DNA from: a virus
Taxonomy: Duplodnaviria; Caudoviricetes
IMG/VR virus record: IMGVR_UViG_3300032226_000620
Coordinates: 1-54,584 of that record
Reading direction: 5' to 3' (one strand)
DNA: 54,584 nucleotides
Under the pieces are notes generated by a model. The model was not told where the DNA came from. It saw only the letters and a program-made list of their open reading frames with translations, and ran no database searches. Shown piece by piece: positions 54,156 to 54,584 of this stretch. The position numbers were made by a program, and so were the translations under genes. How positions within the stretch are numbered: the first letter of the stretch is position 1; every line of letters starts with the position of its first letter.

Positions 54156-54231
54156 TGGTACCAAGAGCTGGACTCGAACCAGCCACACCCTGTGCTTCAA
54201 ACAGGTGCTCTACCAGATGAGCTATCTTGGC
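54156..54231 (-). tRNA. tRNA-Phe(GAA)
   Basis: CCTGT-TTGAAGC-ACAGG, CCA. Confidence 0.9.
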
Positions 54232-54232
54232 A

Positions 54233-54584
54233 TTAATCCTTTACTGTAGTGTCAACTACATCAACACTAACACTTTCGGAATAGTATCCATTGCTGGAAC
54301 CATACCATCGAACAGTTACAAATCCCTTGCGTGTAGCAAACTTGTAAAATGTCCATGTGTAGGATTCTTCTCCAGTGTCTTCGCCTTCGTAGTCAGAAAC
54401 TTCTTCAGCTTCTAACAGTGGAGATCCAACTAGATCGTCGAGGTCTCCGCAGATGTCTTCAATGTAAACATGTTCGCAACAGTCTTGGTGATGACTGAAT
54501 CGTACATAGTTTGTATCCGAAAGATACAGAGTTAATTCTGCATCGCCTGCTTCTGCACGATACAGTGTTCGTCCTAGCAGATCC
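54233..54584 (-). CDS. conserved phage hypothetical protein, C-terminal part (start outside window)
   Basis: Hand translation ...HHQDCCEHVYIEDICGDLDDLVGSPLL...ESYTWTFYKFATRKGFVTVRWYGSSNGYYSESVSVDVVDTTVKD*. Confidence 0.75.
   Translation of the reverse strand, partial: DLLGRTLYRAEAGDAELTLYLSDTNYVRFSHHQDCCEHVYIEDICGDLDDLVGSPLLEAEEVSDYEGEDTGEESYTWTFYKFATRKGFVTVRWYGSSNGYYSESVSVDVVDTTVKD

Noticed and set aside
53438-54249. ORFs 53438..53650, 53881..54249, 54032..54220, also 46074..46385 and the N-terminal extensions of 46017..46289 and 44263..44595
   Set aside because: They are translations of tRNA genes or their antisense strands
418-54415. Many ORF-track entries antisense or out of frame to the called genes (e.g. 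418..714, 4319..4711, 9542..10063, 18279..18656, 39561..39914, 40647..41054)
   Set aside because: They lie wholly inside well-supported genes, lack RBS and motifs, and are best explained as shadow ORFs
1-54584. Alternative genetic code (TAG or TGA recoding), prompted by the CUA-bearing RNA
   Set aside because: Genes are full length and tightly packed under code 11; I saw no recognisable protein interrupted by an in-frame stop
1-54584. CRISPR array, transposase, integrase, intron/homing endonuclease, or DGR reverse transcriptase
   Set aside because: No spaced direct-repeat array or such motifs seen; the fibre duplication is exact rather than adenine-variable, so it is not a DGR TR/VR pair

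Overview
This window looks like a 54.6-kb segment of a large, T4-like or 'huge' tailed dsDNA phage genome, probably infecting a proteobacterium. The host is an inference from the KdsA, IF-1, omega and SutA-like genes. It is densely coded in standard code 11. (1) 1-10.9 kb, minus strand: UV endonuclease, glycosyltransferase, kdsA, queD, a virion protein, thyX, a histone-H1-like protein and an aberrant 110-nt tRNA-like RNA. (2) 11.0-39.5 kb: a 28.5-kb biosynthetic-type island of seven alternating-strand cassettes. It holds 9 radical SAM enzymes, about 10 Fe(II)/2OG or AspH-like oxygenases, an amidinotransferase, a PLP enzyme, an adenylate-forming enzyme, a QueC-like PP-loop ATPase, nucleotide-sugar enzymes, and SGNH, SDR, GNAT, methyltransferase and kinase-like proteins. 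It ends against a Gly/Asn/Asp/Thr-repeat tail-fibre-like gene. (3) 42-54.6 kb: host-takeover genes (infA, rpoZ, SutA-like, phosphatases), a satellite island with a B12-type radical SAM, 14 tRNAs (including an odd long-arm tRNA with UAU anticodon) and at least three unexplained structured non-coding RNAs. Two promoter classes are visible: perfect sigma70 TTGACA-17-TATAAT promoters, and a T4-late-like TAA(A/G)TA motif that often sits a few nt before an ATG. All protein calls come from motif recognition by eye, not database searches.
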